The notes: generated by a model not told the origin, from the letters alone. DNA of 50,553 nt from Candidatus Saccharimonadales bacterium (GCA_041744275.1 JBGTLD010000026.1:1-50553); one strand, 5' to 3'. Positions 11,145-20,756 are shown, counted from the stretch's first letter. Translations and numbers: made by a program.

Positions 11145-11933
11145 ATGCTTATTTTTATACTTATGCTTGGGCTTTGCCTCGGTAGTTTCGTAAATGCGCT
11201 CGTATGGCGCGTTCATGCAAAGCGAGATTGGGTAAAAGAGCGCTCTGAGTGTATTCAATGCCACCACGGACTCTCAGGTTGGGACCTTATACCGGTTTTT
11301 AGCTGGCTGAGCCTGAAGGGCAGGTGTCGTTATTGCTCAAAATCAATTAGCCCACAGTATCCGGTAGTAGAACTTACGACATCTGTACTGTTCGTGATCT
11401 CGTATTTTTACTGGCCTACTGCTATCGTTGGTGTGCAAACGGTTGTATTTATAAGTTGGTTGGCTCTATTGACGACTTTGGTGGCCTTGGCTTTATATGA
11501 TTTCAAGTACATGCTTCTACCAAATAGTATGGTTAAGGTTGCTGGGGTTTTTGTGGGAGCCATAACATTGCTTCGGATGCTCGATTCGTCTGTATTATCT
11601 GTGCTTTCTGGCGCTGTGCTCGGTCTGGTGTTTTTTGGAGGCTTATTCTACGTGTTGTACCAGATATCAGACGGGAGATGGATAGGTGGTGGCGATGTGA
11701 AGTTGGGGTTCGTGCTTGGTTTTCTCTTAGGCGGTGCTGTAGAAAGCCTGCTGGCTATTTTTATAGCTTCATTTGTAGGTAGTTTATTTGCGATTTTATA
11801 CGGTACGAAGCGTACAGCTTATGCTAAAAAAATAATTCCGTTTGGACCGATGCTTATTCTTGGGACGTTTGTAGTCTATATTTTTTCTCATCGTATTTTC
11901 GAGGCCTACTACAATTTTGTCGGGTTGCAATAA
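11145..11933 (+). CDS. pilD: Prepilin peptidase/N-methyltransferase
   Basis: GSFVNALVWR, two CxxC motifs, DLIPVFSW, GGGDVKL, IPFGPML. Confidence 0.95.
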   Translation: MLIFILMLGLCLGSFVNALVWRVHAKRDWVKERSECIQCHHGLSGWDLIPVFSWLSLKGRCRYCSKSISPQYPVVELTTSVLFVISYFYWPTAIVGVQTVVFISWLALLTTLVALALYDFKYMLLPNSMVKVAGVFVGAITLLRMLDSSVLSVLSGAVLGLVFFGGLFYVLYQISDGRWIGGGDVKLGFVLGFLLGGAVESLLAIFIASFVGSLFAILYGTKRTAYAKKIIPFGPMLILGTFVVYIFSHRIFEAYYNFVGLQ

Positions 11934-11981
11934 CTACCATATTGCTTGTGGTATACTTGAAGAATATTCAGGTGGATTAAC

Positions 11982-12815
11982 GTGAAACATATAAAAAGCC
12001 AAAAAGGGTACACCATAGTCGAGTTACTGGTCGTTACGGCTATTGCTGGGTTTACGGCAATAGCCGCCTTTACTGCTGTAAGTGGGCAAACCGAGCGCAA
12101 TGAGTTCGAGAGTGCTATTCGTAACTTTGAATCACGCTTACTCGATATTGCAAATGATGTGAGCAAAGGGGTACATCCTGGCGCCACAACGGGCTGTAAT
12201 GTGCTTAGTACAAACGGTGCATTGTCATTTAGTGGTAGCAGGGCTAGAGGATCAAGTCCAGAGTGCATATTTGCTGGTAAGGCTGTAAAATTTAGTGACC
12301 CTTCTGCAACAGAGCAAACAATGACATTCCTAACACTTGCTTCAAGGCGTGTGAGGGGCTATTCGGCAGCTGCAGATGCTAATCGTCCTGTCACAGATAT
12401 AAGTCAATTGAGTACTGGTCAAATTGCAGTCGTTCCAGGACTAAATGACACTACCACACTCACGAATGGTATAAGAGTTTTATCTGTCAGGCATGTTGGT
12501 GGATCGACTGGTGGTATGGTATTTTTGACATCTTTTGCAAACAGGGGTGATGGAGAAGTCACATTAAGTGGGTCACCCCAAATAGATTTGTTTGGGATGC
12601 GCCCTATAACGGGCTTGCGTATGACTGACGATATTGGAACAACGCCAGGTGCACTTAGGGTAGTGAGTAATTATCAACGCCCTAACAGTACTGGTGTAGC
12701 CGTTTGTGTTCAGTACCGTAGCAATGCTCGCACAGCGGTTATTACCTTTGGACAGCAGGGTAGTCAAACGACAACAGCGGTTGATTTAAGAAGTCGGACA
12801 AATCCATGCAACTAA
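11982..12815 (+). CDS. Minor type IV pilin
   Basis: G|YTIVELLVV prepilin motif. Confidence 0.85.
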   Translation: MKHIKSQKGYTIVELLVVTAIAGFTAIAAFTAVSGQTERNEFESAIRNFESRLLDIANDVSKGVHPGATTGCNVLSTNGALSFSGSRARGSSPECIFAGKAVKFSDPSATEQTMTFLTLASRRVRGYSAAADANRPVTDISQLSTGQIAVVPGLNDTTTLTNGIRVLSVRHVGGSTGGMVFLTSFANRGDGEVTLSGSPQIDLFGMRPITGLRMTDDIGTTPGALRVVSNYQRPNSTGVAVCVQYRSNARTAVITFGQQGSQTTTAVDLRSRTNPCN

Positions 12816-13348
12816 AGAAGCTTAATAATGCTGGCGAGACAATCATAGAGGTGTTGTTATGTTTAAGTATTTTGGGCCTCATATTGGGTGTCGCTTATGC
12901 AACAACAAGTAGAAACCTGCAGGCCACGAGAGATTCACAGGAGCGATTGCAGGCGCTGCAATACGCCGAAAGTATTACGGAGTCTATCCGTGCGTATGCA
13001 ATCAAAGATCAATCATCAGCAATACCAAACCAATCACTTTTTCCTGGTACTACGGGCGCAACACCATTAATTGGGGCAACCCGTACATTTTGTATTAGTG
13101 TAAACCCTACAGATTATTCGTCAGCAGCACTACCTATAAGTAATGGGGCTGGTAGTGCACGCTGTCAGCGACCTGGTGACACAATATACAGGCATACTAT
13201 AGTTGCACACAACCTCGGTAGATTAGGGGGGTCTCAAAATGCCAGCTTCCGCTACGCAATAACTGTAAACTGGCAAGGGTTATCCAGTGGTACACTACAA
13301 AACGCCTCAACCACATATGTATGGACACGAGCAAATGAGAGACGCTAA
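12806..13348 (+). CDS. Minor type IV pilin (PilV-like)
   Basis: G|ETIIEVLL prepilin motif; C-terminal ITVNW. Confidence 0.8.
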   Translation: MQLKKLNNAGETIIEVLLCLSILGLILGVAYATTSRNLQATRDSQERLQALQYAESITESIRAYAIKDQSSAIPNQSLFPGTTGATPLIGATRTFCISVNPTDYSSAALPISNGAGSARCQRPGDTIYRHTIVAHNLGRLGGSQNASFRYAITVNWQGLSSGTLQNASTTYVWTRANERR

Positions 13349-13984
13349 ATGAAACAGTATAAAAATGTTCAATCAGGTTTCACAGTCGTAGAGCTTTTGA
13401 TTGCCACTACCGTATTTGGCGTAGTGTTGGTCATAGCGAGTACTGCTATCTTGGGGCTGAGTAGGCAGTATTACAAAGGCATCGTACAGACAAGAACACA
13501 AGAAGTTGCCCGCCAAATAAGTCAAGAGATTGCCAATAACATCAAGTTTTCTGTAACAAGTCCTACATTGGCATCAAACGGCAATGTACAGGTGCTCTGC
13601 GTATCGAATAGGAGGTACATGTACCGAACTGGCGTAAAACTAGGCGATCCAGGCGTACCAGCGGTGTTAGTACAAGACAGTGGTTGTGGAACAGCCATTC
13701 CCGCAACGCTTGCAGCTGCAGTTCCACCCGCTCGGCGTGAATTGATAGGGCAAAACATGCGCCTTGCTGAACTTCGTATTGATTCTAATGGTCCTCTATA
13801 CTCTGTAACCGTTAGGATTGCGTACGGTGATAATGATTTATTATGTAGTCCTGGCGCAGGTGATTGTGGCAGTGTGACAGCAACGGTAAACGCTGGTGCA
13901 GGCGATGTACAGTGCAAGGGTGGGAAGGGTGCTCAATTCTGCGCAACCGCAGAGACGAGCTTAACAGTTGTGAGAAGGCTGTAA
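13349..13984 (+). CDS. Minor type IV pilin (PilW-like)
   Basis: G|FTVVELLIA prepilin motif. Confidence 0.85.
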   Translation: MKQYKNVQSGFTVVELLIATTVFGVVLVIASTAILGLSRQYYKGIVQTRTQEVARQISQEIANNIKFSVTSPTLASNGNVQVLCVSNRRYMYRTGVKLGDPGVPAVLVQDSGCGTAIPATLAAAVPPARRELIGQNMRLAELRIDSNGPLYSVTVRIAYGDNDLLCSPGAGDCGSVTATVNAGAGDVQCKGGKGAQFCATAETSLTVVRRL

Positions 13985-13997
13985 AAGGGGTACTATA

Positions 13998-15062
13998 ATG
14001 CTAATGGATAAACCAAAACTACTGAGTGACCAATCTGGGTTAGGTGCGATAGTAATTGTATCAATTTTTGTATCAGTTGTTACGATGATAGTCTTAGGCT
14101 TTAGTACTGTTGTCAGAAGAGAGCAACGACAATCACTGGATCAGCAACTTAATTCGCAGGCACGGTTTGCAGCCGAATCAAAAATAAACGAGTTGTTAGC
14201 GCTCTATAGAGAAAACCCAGCCCATCCACTGTTTGCTACAAGTACACCTTTTGGCTCGTGTGGCGACGCCACCGGTGCCGTTGAGTCTTCCCCTGATTTT
14301 GATATTGATATTACCTGCGTGCAGATAAACAGAAGTCCTAACTCGCTCGAATTTTCAAATGTCTCAACTGAAGAGTCAACTGTTACATACATTCAGCCAG
14401 ATGCTACCCCAATAAACCGTATTGTTATCAGCTGGGATATACCGCCACCTAGTGCGAATCAACAGAGTACGTGCCGCACTGCAAGTTACGCGTCTGGTAA
14501 TATCTTTCCATCAACACTTGGTGGCAGTACTGAGGTTGGTATGTTGCGTTTTGACCTTGTGCCACTTGGGGGGTCACTTGATCGTCTTTCATTGAGCGAG
14601 TCGCAACTGTCTGGTGTGCTTATTCCTTCAACAACTGGTACGGAAACAATCACGTATAGCAGTGCGAATACCATTTCAACAAAACCTGTACTAGCAGGCA
14701 GGTGCTTTACTGGAGCCGGTCCATTTACCGTGTTTGGACAAGATGTGTACCGAGCGAGGGTAGTTATCAATGTACCAAATGCCAATACTCCCTATATGCT
14801 TAGGCTTAAGAGTATGTACAGACCAGTGCAAAGAGTTAAGGTTAATGGTGTAAATTCATCTAATGACTCTGTGCAACTTGCAAGAGAGCAAATTAGCGTA
14901 GAAGTAACCGCACGCTCTGCTGACGTTTTGTCTAAGGTGAATGCTCGGTTTGGGCAATTTTCTGCTGCTGCCGAGCTAATACCATCAAGTGCAGTTCATG
15001 TTATCAATGGCCTCTGTAAGGACATGACGACTGAACCGAACGGCACTCAGTCGAGTTGCTAG
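13998..15062 (+). CDS. PilX-like minor pilin
   Basis: QSG|LGAIVIV lacking Glu5, then QARFAAES typical of PilX N-termini. Confidence 0.75.
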   Translation: MLMDKPKLLSDQSGLGAIVIVSIFVSVVTMIVLGFSTVVRREQRQSLDQQLNSQARFAAESKINELLALYRENPAHPLFATSTPFGSCGDATGAVESSPDFDIDITCVQINRSPNSLEFSNVSTEESTVTYIQPDATPINRIVISWDIPPPSANQQSTCRTASYASGNIFPSTLGGSTEVGMLRFDLVPLGGSLDRLSLSESQLSGVLIPSTTGTETITYSSANTISTKPVLAGRCFTGAGPFTVFGQDVYRARVVINVPNANTPYMLRLKSMYRPVQRVKVNGVNSSNDSVQLAREQISVEVTARSADVLSKVNARFGQFSAAAELIPSSAVHVINGLCKDMTTEPNGTQSSC

Positions 15063-15982
15063 TCTTCTTTACGGTGGAATTTTTCGTGGATTGATTTGAG
15101 GTGTGGGTCGGTGACGTGAGTGTAAATCTGTGTAGTTGATATGTTGCTGTGGCCAAGCATGGCTTGTACTGAGCGCAAGTCAGCACCGTTCATGAGTAAA
15201 TCAGTCGCGAATGAGTGGCGTAGTGTGTGTGGGCTTACGTGCTTTGTGATGCCTGCGAGCAGGGCATAGCGGGCAACCATACGCTGTACACTTCGTGCAG
15301 TAAGCCGATGGAAATTACCAGATAAATCTACAGTTTTGCGGCCGCTGTAACGAATAAATAGTGGTTTGGTGTTGTCAGAACGTTTATCGATATATTTTTG
15401 TACCCACTCGGCTGCGTCGGGGCTTACAAATATAGGCCGGTCTTTCTGACCCTTACCACGAACCATAAACTCTCGGCGCTTGAGATTGATGTGGTCTTTA
15501 TCCAGTCCTACAAGTTCCGAAACACGGAGCCCAGAAGAAAACAGAAGCTCTAGGATGGCTCTATCACGCAAGCCTTGCTCGGTGTCTATATTAGGCTCTG
15601 CAAATAGCCGTGCAAGCTCTTCGGGGCCTAGAAACGTCACTTGTTTACGTACTGTTCGCGCAAGTTCTATCTTGTCGGCACTTATAACAGGCAAGTCACG
15701 CTTGGCGCAGTATTTCAAAAAACTGCGTAGCGCTATTAAGTGGTAGTTCTGTGTTGTTTTTTGTAGTTCATCGCTTGTGTTGGTGCCAAGCCTGTTAAGC
15801 CATAGCCGCCATTTGCGTACCATGTCTGGGTCAATATCACTGACGGTGATGTCGCCAGCAAAGTCGACGAGTCGGGTGAGGTAATGGTCGTAGTTGGCGA
15901 TGGTTTTTTGTGACCTGTTTTGCTCGATTTCTAAATATTCTAGAAAGTCTGTTTTTGTTTTTGAAAATAGTGGTGCGCTCAT
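15059..15982 (-). CDS. Tyrosine recombinase XerC/XerD family
   Basis: RDRAILELLFSSGLRVSEL, GKGQKDR, HTLRHSFAT, LGHSNISTTQIYTHV; start at ATG 15982, 6 nt after TACAAT. Confidence 0.93.
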   Translation of the reverse strand: MSAPLFSKTKTDFLEYLEIEQNRSQKTIANYDHYLTRLVDFAGDITVSDIDPDMVRKWRLWLNRLGTNTSDELQKTTQNYHLIALRSFLKYCAKRDLPVISADKIELARTVRKQVTFLGPEELARLFAEPNIDTEQGLRDRAILELLFSSGLRVSELVGLDKDHINLKRREFMVRGKGQKDRPIFVSPDAAEWVQKYIDKRSDNTKPLFIRYSGRKTVDLSGNFHRLTARSVQRMVARYALLAGITKHVSPHTLRHSFATDLLMNGADLRSVQAMLGHSNISTTQIYTHVTDPHLKSIHEKFHRKED

Positions 15983-16067
15983 GCATACATTGTACGACAT
16001 AAGCGGAAAAAGCCATGTGTAATCTGTTATACTAAATGAATACAAAAATAGTAGAAAGGAATGTAAC

Positions 16068-16601
16068 GTGGAGAAAACGTTAGTTGTACTGAAGCCTGAT
16101 GCTATACAACGTGGTGTGGCTGGTGAGATTGTTACACGATTTGAAAAAGCGGGCCTTAAAGTCATTGCGCTTAAAATGATTGAGCCGAACATAGATCACT
16201 ACTATGAGCACTATGAAACCATTGGACAGGTGATATCCCGCCGTGGCCAAAAGGTGTTTGATGATAACCTAGAATTTATGCAAGCAGGGCCTGTCGTTGC
16301 AATGATACTCGAAGGCGTAGAGGCTGTGTCGCTCGTACGGAAAATGGTTGGAGATACCGAGCCAAAATCATCGAGCCCAGGAACGATTCGCGGTGACTAC
16401 GCTCACATGAGTTATGGTCATGCAAATGATCACGGCGTCGGTATACCGAATTTAATCCATGCATCTGGTGATGTAGACGAAGCCAAGCTCGAAATAGCCC
16501 TCTGGTTTAGTATAGAAGAGCTACACAGCTATGAGACACTCCACGAGCGCTTTATGAACGCAGAATCTATGAAGCGTGCCCACAGTAATAAAAAGAAATA
16601 G
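16068..16601 (+). CDS. ndk: Nucleoside diphosphate kinase
   Basis: EKTLVVLKPDAIQRG, PGTIRGDY, NLIHASGD. Confidence 0.95.
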   Translation: MEKTLVVLKPDAIQRGVAGEIVTRFEKAGLKVIALKMIEPNIDHYYEHYETIGQVISRRGQKVFDDNLEFMQAGPVVAMILEGVEAVSLVRKMVGDTEPKSSSPGTIRGDYAHMSYGHANDHGVGIPNLIHASGDVDEAKLEIALWFSIEELHSYETLHERFMNAESMKRAHSNKKK

Positions 16602-16666
16602 TTTGCTGTTAAGGGTGTAATTCGGTCATATATTTTTAGATTGACCGAATTACAAACCCTTAAGAA

Positions 16667-16735
16667 TAGTTTGCCCCGGCAGCTCAACTGGCCCCGATAG
16701 GGAAGAATAGTGCACATAGCTCTATCCAGTTGAGC
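16667..16735 (+). repeat. Duplicated 5' end of tRNA-Arg plus inverted copy of its D-arm
   Basis: 16667-16691 matches 16771-16795 (24/25); 16719-16735 is the exact reverse complement of 16786-16802. Confidence 0.85.
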
Positions 16736-16776
16736 CACAAGGTGATGTTAAGCTAAGATATAGTAAACGTTAGTTT

Positions 16777-16853
16777 GCCCCGGTAGCTCAACTGGATAGA
16801 GCAGATCCGTCCTAAGGATAAGGTTAGGGGTTCGACTCCCTTCCGGGGTACCA
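16777..16853 (+). tRNA. tRNA-Arg(CCT)
   Basis: Cloverleaf GCCCCGG...CCGGGGT-ACCA; anticodon loop GT-CCT-AA; TTCGACT T-loop. Confidence 0.93.
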
Positions 16854-16910
16854 AGATATAATCCGTAGTTTTGAATCTCATCACGCTCACGCTAAAATAG
16901 GCAGTACCAT

Positions 16911-17447
16911 ATGTCAAAAAAATACTTTGAAGACCAGTTTGATGACGAAGAGGTGAGGTTTGTATTTCGCAAGCACCCGGTTATTATGCGAAAAGGACTT
17001 ATCCTCTCGATGTTTGGTATTCTTGCTGGACTTGCACCAGGGCTTATTACACTAGAGTTTAGTTGGTTTTATGGTGGTATTGCTGGCGGTTTTGTTCTTG
17101 GGGCGCTTCTTTTTTCGCCGTGGTACATCGCGTGGTATTTCAGCGTGTTTATTGTCACGAACCAGCGGTTTATTCAAATTACCCAGAAGGGTTTATTCCA
17201 TCGTTCGGTATCAGATCTGGGGCTGCAGCATATCCAAACAGTAAACTATGAAATTGCCGGACTTGAGCAAACAATGCTCGGGTTTGGTACAATAGTGGTA
17301 CAAACGTATATGGGTGATCTTGTGGTGCATAACGTGCATCATCCTGCTAAAATCCAGAAGAAGATCGTATCGGTACTTAGAGATGAGTCAATCATACCCG
17401 ATGATATACCGCTTGCAATGAAACAGGAACAACTATCTGATGAATAA
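16911..17447 (+). CDS. Bacterial PH-domain membrane protein
   Basis: RKHP, two TM helices, FIVTNQRFIQI..GLF and FGTIVVQT motifs. Confidence 0.75.
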   Translation: MSKKYFEDQFDDEEVRFVFRKHPVIMRKGLILSMFGILAGLAPGLITLEFSWFYGGIAGGFVLGALLFSPWYIAWYFSVFIVTNQRFIQITQKGLFHRSVSDLGLQHIQTVNYEIAGLEQTMLGFGTIVVQTYMGDLVVHNVHHPAKIQKKIVSVLRDESIIPDDIPLAMKQEQLSDE

Positions 17448-18534
17448 AGCAAAAAAAGTACTACATTCTGTAAAAAATCGTCGTGCCAAGAAAAACGGCG
17501 TTAACGAAGATGTGCCACGCATAACCAACAAAACGCTTGCTGAGCACCGAGAGCAGGTGCTGTCGGGCGCGCGTAAGTATGTTCTGCCTGTGCATTCTAA
17601 AAACCGAATCGTCTTGTTATCAGTCAGTATTTTTGTTGCGACGCTTGTCGTGTTCTTTACATATTGCACACTGGCGCTGTACCGTTTTCAATCTAACTCA
17701 GGATTTTTATACAAGGTTACGCAGGTGATACCATTTCCTGTTGCAAGAAGTGGTACACAGTTTATCGCATACGAAAATTACTTGTTCGAAATGCGGCACT
17801 ACACTCATTACTATGAAACACAGCTTGATATAGACTTTAGTAACGAAAATGAGCGTCTTCAGCTAGAGCAGTTTAAACGCCGGGCACTCGACAAAGTCGT
17901 AAACGATGCATATGTAAAACAGCTCGCAGACCGTGAGGGTGTGACGGTGTCTGATCGAGAAGTCGATGATCAGATTACCATTGCACGTAATCAGCAGCGT
18001 TTTGGCGCTACAGAGCAGTCACTAGAAGATGTTATTAGCGACTTTTGGGGCTGGACTATAGATGATTTCAGGCGAACACTCCGCCAGCAACTACTAGCCC
18101 AAAAAGTTGCCGAAAAGCTTGATACAGAGACTCGCCAGCAGGCCGAAGCAGCACTTGCTGAACTACAATCAGGGGCTGACTTTGCAGAAGTAGCGCGTAA
18201 GTACTCAGACGACGAAGCAACCAAGGAAAACGGTGGTGAGTTTGGCTTTGCAGTCGATAAAATGAGCAGGGAGCTCAGCCCGCAATCAGCAGATATATTG
18301 TTTGATCTTGAGCCAGGAGCTTATTCTGATATCGTCAACACAGGATATAGTCTAGAAATAGTCCGCAATATCGAAACAAACGACAATAAAGTTCGAGCCG
18401 CGCATATTGTGTTCAATTTTGAGCCAATAGAAACGCACTTAAATGACTTAAAAGCTGAAAAGCCGTACACCGTATATGTTCGCCTTCCAGAAGTCCCAGA
18501 ATTCCAGGACCCTGACGAACTAATAACTCCATAA
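17440..18534 (+). CDS. PrsA/SurA-like peptidyl-prolyl isomerase (parvulin)
   Basis: TM anchor, SurA_N-like helical region, ADFAEVARKYSDD..NGGEFG rotamase motif. Confidence 0.85.
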   Translation: MNKAKKVLHSVKNRRAKKNGVNEDVPRITNKTLAEHREQVLSGARKYVLPVHSKNRIVLLSVSIFVATLVVFFTYCTLALYRFQSNSGFLYKVTQVIPFPVARSGTQFIAYENYLFEMRHYTHYYETQLDIDFSNENERLQLEQFKRRALDKVVNDAYVKQLADREGVTVSDREVDDQITIARNQQRFGATEQSLEDVISDFWGWTIDDFRRTLRQQLLAQKVAEKLDTETRQQAEAALAELQSGADFAEVARKYSDDEATKENGGEFGFAVDKMSRELSPQSADILFDLEPGAYSDIVNTGYSLEIVRNIETNDNKVRAAHIVFNFEPIETHLNDLKAEKPYTVYVRLPEVPEFQDPDELITP

Positions 18535-18677
18535 CTATTAGATCATAAAACCATCAATGTTACTTTTTTAACAGACTATGCCACGTTATTTGTTTAGAAT
18601 ATAAAGCATACTAATGCTGTGTGAAAGGGCGGCGTCACTACTTATAACTACCAATTTCTAACAAGACAGGACATTAC

Positions 18678-19409
18678 ATGAACGACGGATTTAACATAGG
18701 AAACTCACTTGAGCGTGGTGTAGATAGATTTTTTGAATACCTACCACAAGTACTCGGGGCACTATTCATATTACTTATTGGATACATTGTTTCTATAATC
18801 CTCCGACGTATTACACGACTAGTACTCGATAAGCTCAACTTTGACAAAGCATTGCAATCTTCTCCGGGGGGTACACACCTAAACCGAATTATCGAACGAC
18901 CATCACACTTTGCAGGTCAGGTAGTCTTTTGGTTTGTGTGGATAGGGTTTATATCACTTGCAGTATCGGCGCTCAATCTCCCAACACTTAATGCTTTTGT
19001 AGCAGCAGTCTACAGCTATGTGCCTAATGTTATCGCAGCTATACTTATATTCTTAGCAGCGAGTGCAATATCAGCTGGAGCGGCAGCATTTACGCACCGA
19101 GTAATGGGTGATTCACCTACTGCACGAGTGATCAAAACTGTAATTCCTGTCGTGACCCTGAGCATCGCAGGTTTCATGATTCTGAACCAACTTCGTATTG
19201 CGACAGATATTGTTAACATTACGTATACCGCAATCATGGGATCACTCGCACTTGGTCTTGCGATAGCATTCGGTTTCGGTGGTCGTGACGTTGCCGCCAG
19301 AATTCTCGAACAAGCGTATGAATCTGGTAAACAGAACACAGATCAAGCAAAAGCTGATCTAAAGCGCGCGAAAGAGAATACGAAACAAGAGATTCGTAAG
19401 CGACGTTAA
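18678..19409 (+). CDS. Conserved TM-helix repeat protein (MscS-related)
   Basis: Two YLPQVLGA/YVPNVIAA repeats; LAIAFGFGGRD. Confidence 0.8.
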   Translation: MNDGFNIGNSLERGVDRFFEYLPQVLGALFILLIGYIVSIILRRITRLVLDKLNFDKALQSSPGGTHLNRIIERPSHFAGQVVFWFVWIGFISLAVSALNLPTLNAFVAAVYSYVPNVIAAILIFLAASAISAGAAAFTHRVMGDSPTARVIKTVIPVVTLSIAGFMILNQLRIATDIVNITYTAIMGSLALGLAIAFGFGGRDVAARILEQAYESGKQNTDQAKADLKRAKENTKQEIRKRR

Positions 19410-19427
19410 GTCATAGCTCTCTTAAAC

Positions 19428-19463
19428 AAAAGATCCTGTCACATGACAGGATCTTTATTTTTT
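19428..19463 (+). terminator. Intrinsic terminator
   Basis: AAAGATCCTGTCA-c-a-TGACAGGATCTTT plus T run. Confidence 0.8.
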
Positions 19464-19632
19464 TTGCGAAGTTATCTTAGATTGTTTTATTTTTAGCTCC
19501 TTGGTCCATTTACTTAAACAACAGCATCTGACTTAGCAAAACTTAAAACCTATGTTTTAGGTGTAATAATTCTAACTACTTAAACATATCCTTCTTGATA
19601 TAATAGTAATACTAAATACAGGAGAAAATACC

Positions 19633-19698
19633 ATGGGAATTATCTGGACAGTCTTAGCCGTTATCGGACTAATTGTAGTTCTTCAATTTGTATTTTAA
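19633..19698 (+). CDS. 21-aa single-TM small protein MGIIWTVLAVIGLIVVLQFVF
   Basis: AGGAG SD before ATG, TGaTATAAT extended -10 upstream, fully hydrophobic peptide. Confidence 0.65.
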   Translation: MGIIWTVLAVIGLIVVLQFVF

Positions 19699-19769
19699 CC
19701 AGCTGAAGTCGTGTTGCAATAACGCTCTTTTAATTGGTTTGCTAGAGACGTTTGCTCTAAGTTAAATAC

Positions 19770-19803
19770 ATAAAAAGTCTCATCAATTGATGAGACTTTT
19801 TAT
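19770..19803. terminator. Bidirectional terminator-like hairpin
   Basis: Perfect palindrome ATAAAAAGTCTCATCAATTGATGAGACTTTTTAT. Confidence 0.75.
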
Positions 19804-19804
19804 C

Positions 19805-20186
19805 TGGGGCTCGACCGGAGAAAGCACATCTGGCAGCCCATGCTCGAAGCAAGCTCCTGCGCGTGGCTTTGATGACCGAACCGGCAATCTTGCATCTTCA
19901 CTAAAGCGAATCTGCGATCACTGTTTCAAACCGGATCGAAACCTGACCAAATAAAATACCCCTGACAAGCAGAGGCACTTTATTTGGCGGGCTCGACCGG
20001 GTTCGAACCCGAAGAGTGCCTGTGGCACTATGAGTTCACACATAGAATAACCTCTCATTACTAAAAAGCTCATAACGGATCTGTAAATACGATTCCTTTC
20101 ACATAGTGCTGAGGTTCGAATCGCTGAGCTTGCTCAGCGCGCAATCAAAAACCTCCCTAAAAAGGGAGGCTATTGGTTGCGTACTC
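19805..20186 (-). repeat. Two tandem tRNA-Asp-linked units, each ending in a copy of the tRNA 3' end
   Basis: 19985-20009 equals the tRNA-Asp 3' 25 nt; degenerate copy at 19805-19818; units of 180 and 202 bp. Confidence 0.8.
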
Positions 20187-20262
20187 TGGCGGGCTCGACC
20201 GGGTTCGAACCGGCGATCTCCTCCGTGACAGGGAGGCGTGATAACCACTTCACTACGAGCCC
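20187..20262 (-). tRNA. tRNA-Asp(GTC)
   Basis: Reverse complement GGGCTCG...CT-GTC-AC...GGTTCGAACCC...CGAGCCC-GCCA. Confidence 0.95.
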
Positions 20263-20324
20263 AAATTATCTAGAAGACCAGCAAATTCTATCAGATGTAA
20301 GGAGTCAGTGCAAGTAAATACAGG

Positions 20325-20756
20325 TTACTTTATGGTAGTATTTTCGCGCTTTGCCTGCCAGAGAGCTCCAAAGCCGAGGCCTATGAAGATAGCATCTTGC
20401 ACTAAAACCCCAATATTGAGTGGCTGCGGGAAGTAGCTACCAAAACAGCCGCAGTTTGGTACATCAATACCACGAATCAATGCTTGAGCTGCGAGGAATG
20501 TCCAGAATATGGCCACGATAACTCCACACAATATGAGCTCTCGCCGAACGCCTTTTGCGAACTGGGGTGTCAATGCACCTAATGCACCTAATGATTCAAA
20601 ACCAATGATAAGGAGCGCGAGTAGTGAGCTGAGTGATCCAGATGTGACGCCGTAGGTATCAATAGCTTGCACGAATTCGCCGTAACTCAATGTTTGCCCA
20701 ACAACCATCGCCGCAAGTAGAAGTCCAAAAATGCCAGTAAAAGGGATTCGTTTCAT
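20325..20756 (-). CDS. MauE/DoxX-family membrane protein
   Basis: Four TM helices with RGIDVPNCGCFG motif; start at ATG 20756, 6 nt after TACTAT. Confidence 0.8.
   Translation of the reverse strand: MKRIPFTGIFGLLLAAMVVGQTLSYGEFVQAIDTYGVTSGSLSSLLALLIIGFESLGALGALTPQFAKGVRRELILCGVIVAIFWTFLAAQALIRGIDVPNCGCFGSYFPQPLNIGVLVQDAIFIGLGFGALWQAKRENTTIK

Noticed and set aside
15059-20262. Prophage, integron or island driven by the tyrosine recombinase and tRNA-end duplications
   Set aside because: The recombinase looks like housekeeping XerC/D, neighbours are core genes, and the duplications enclose only 100-200 bp
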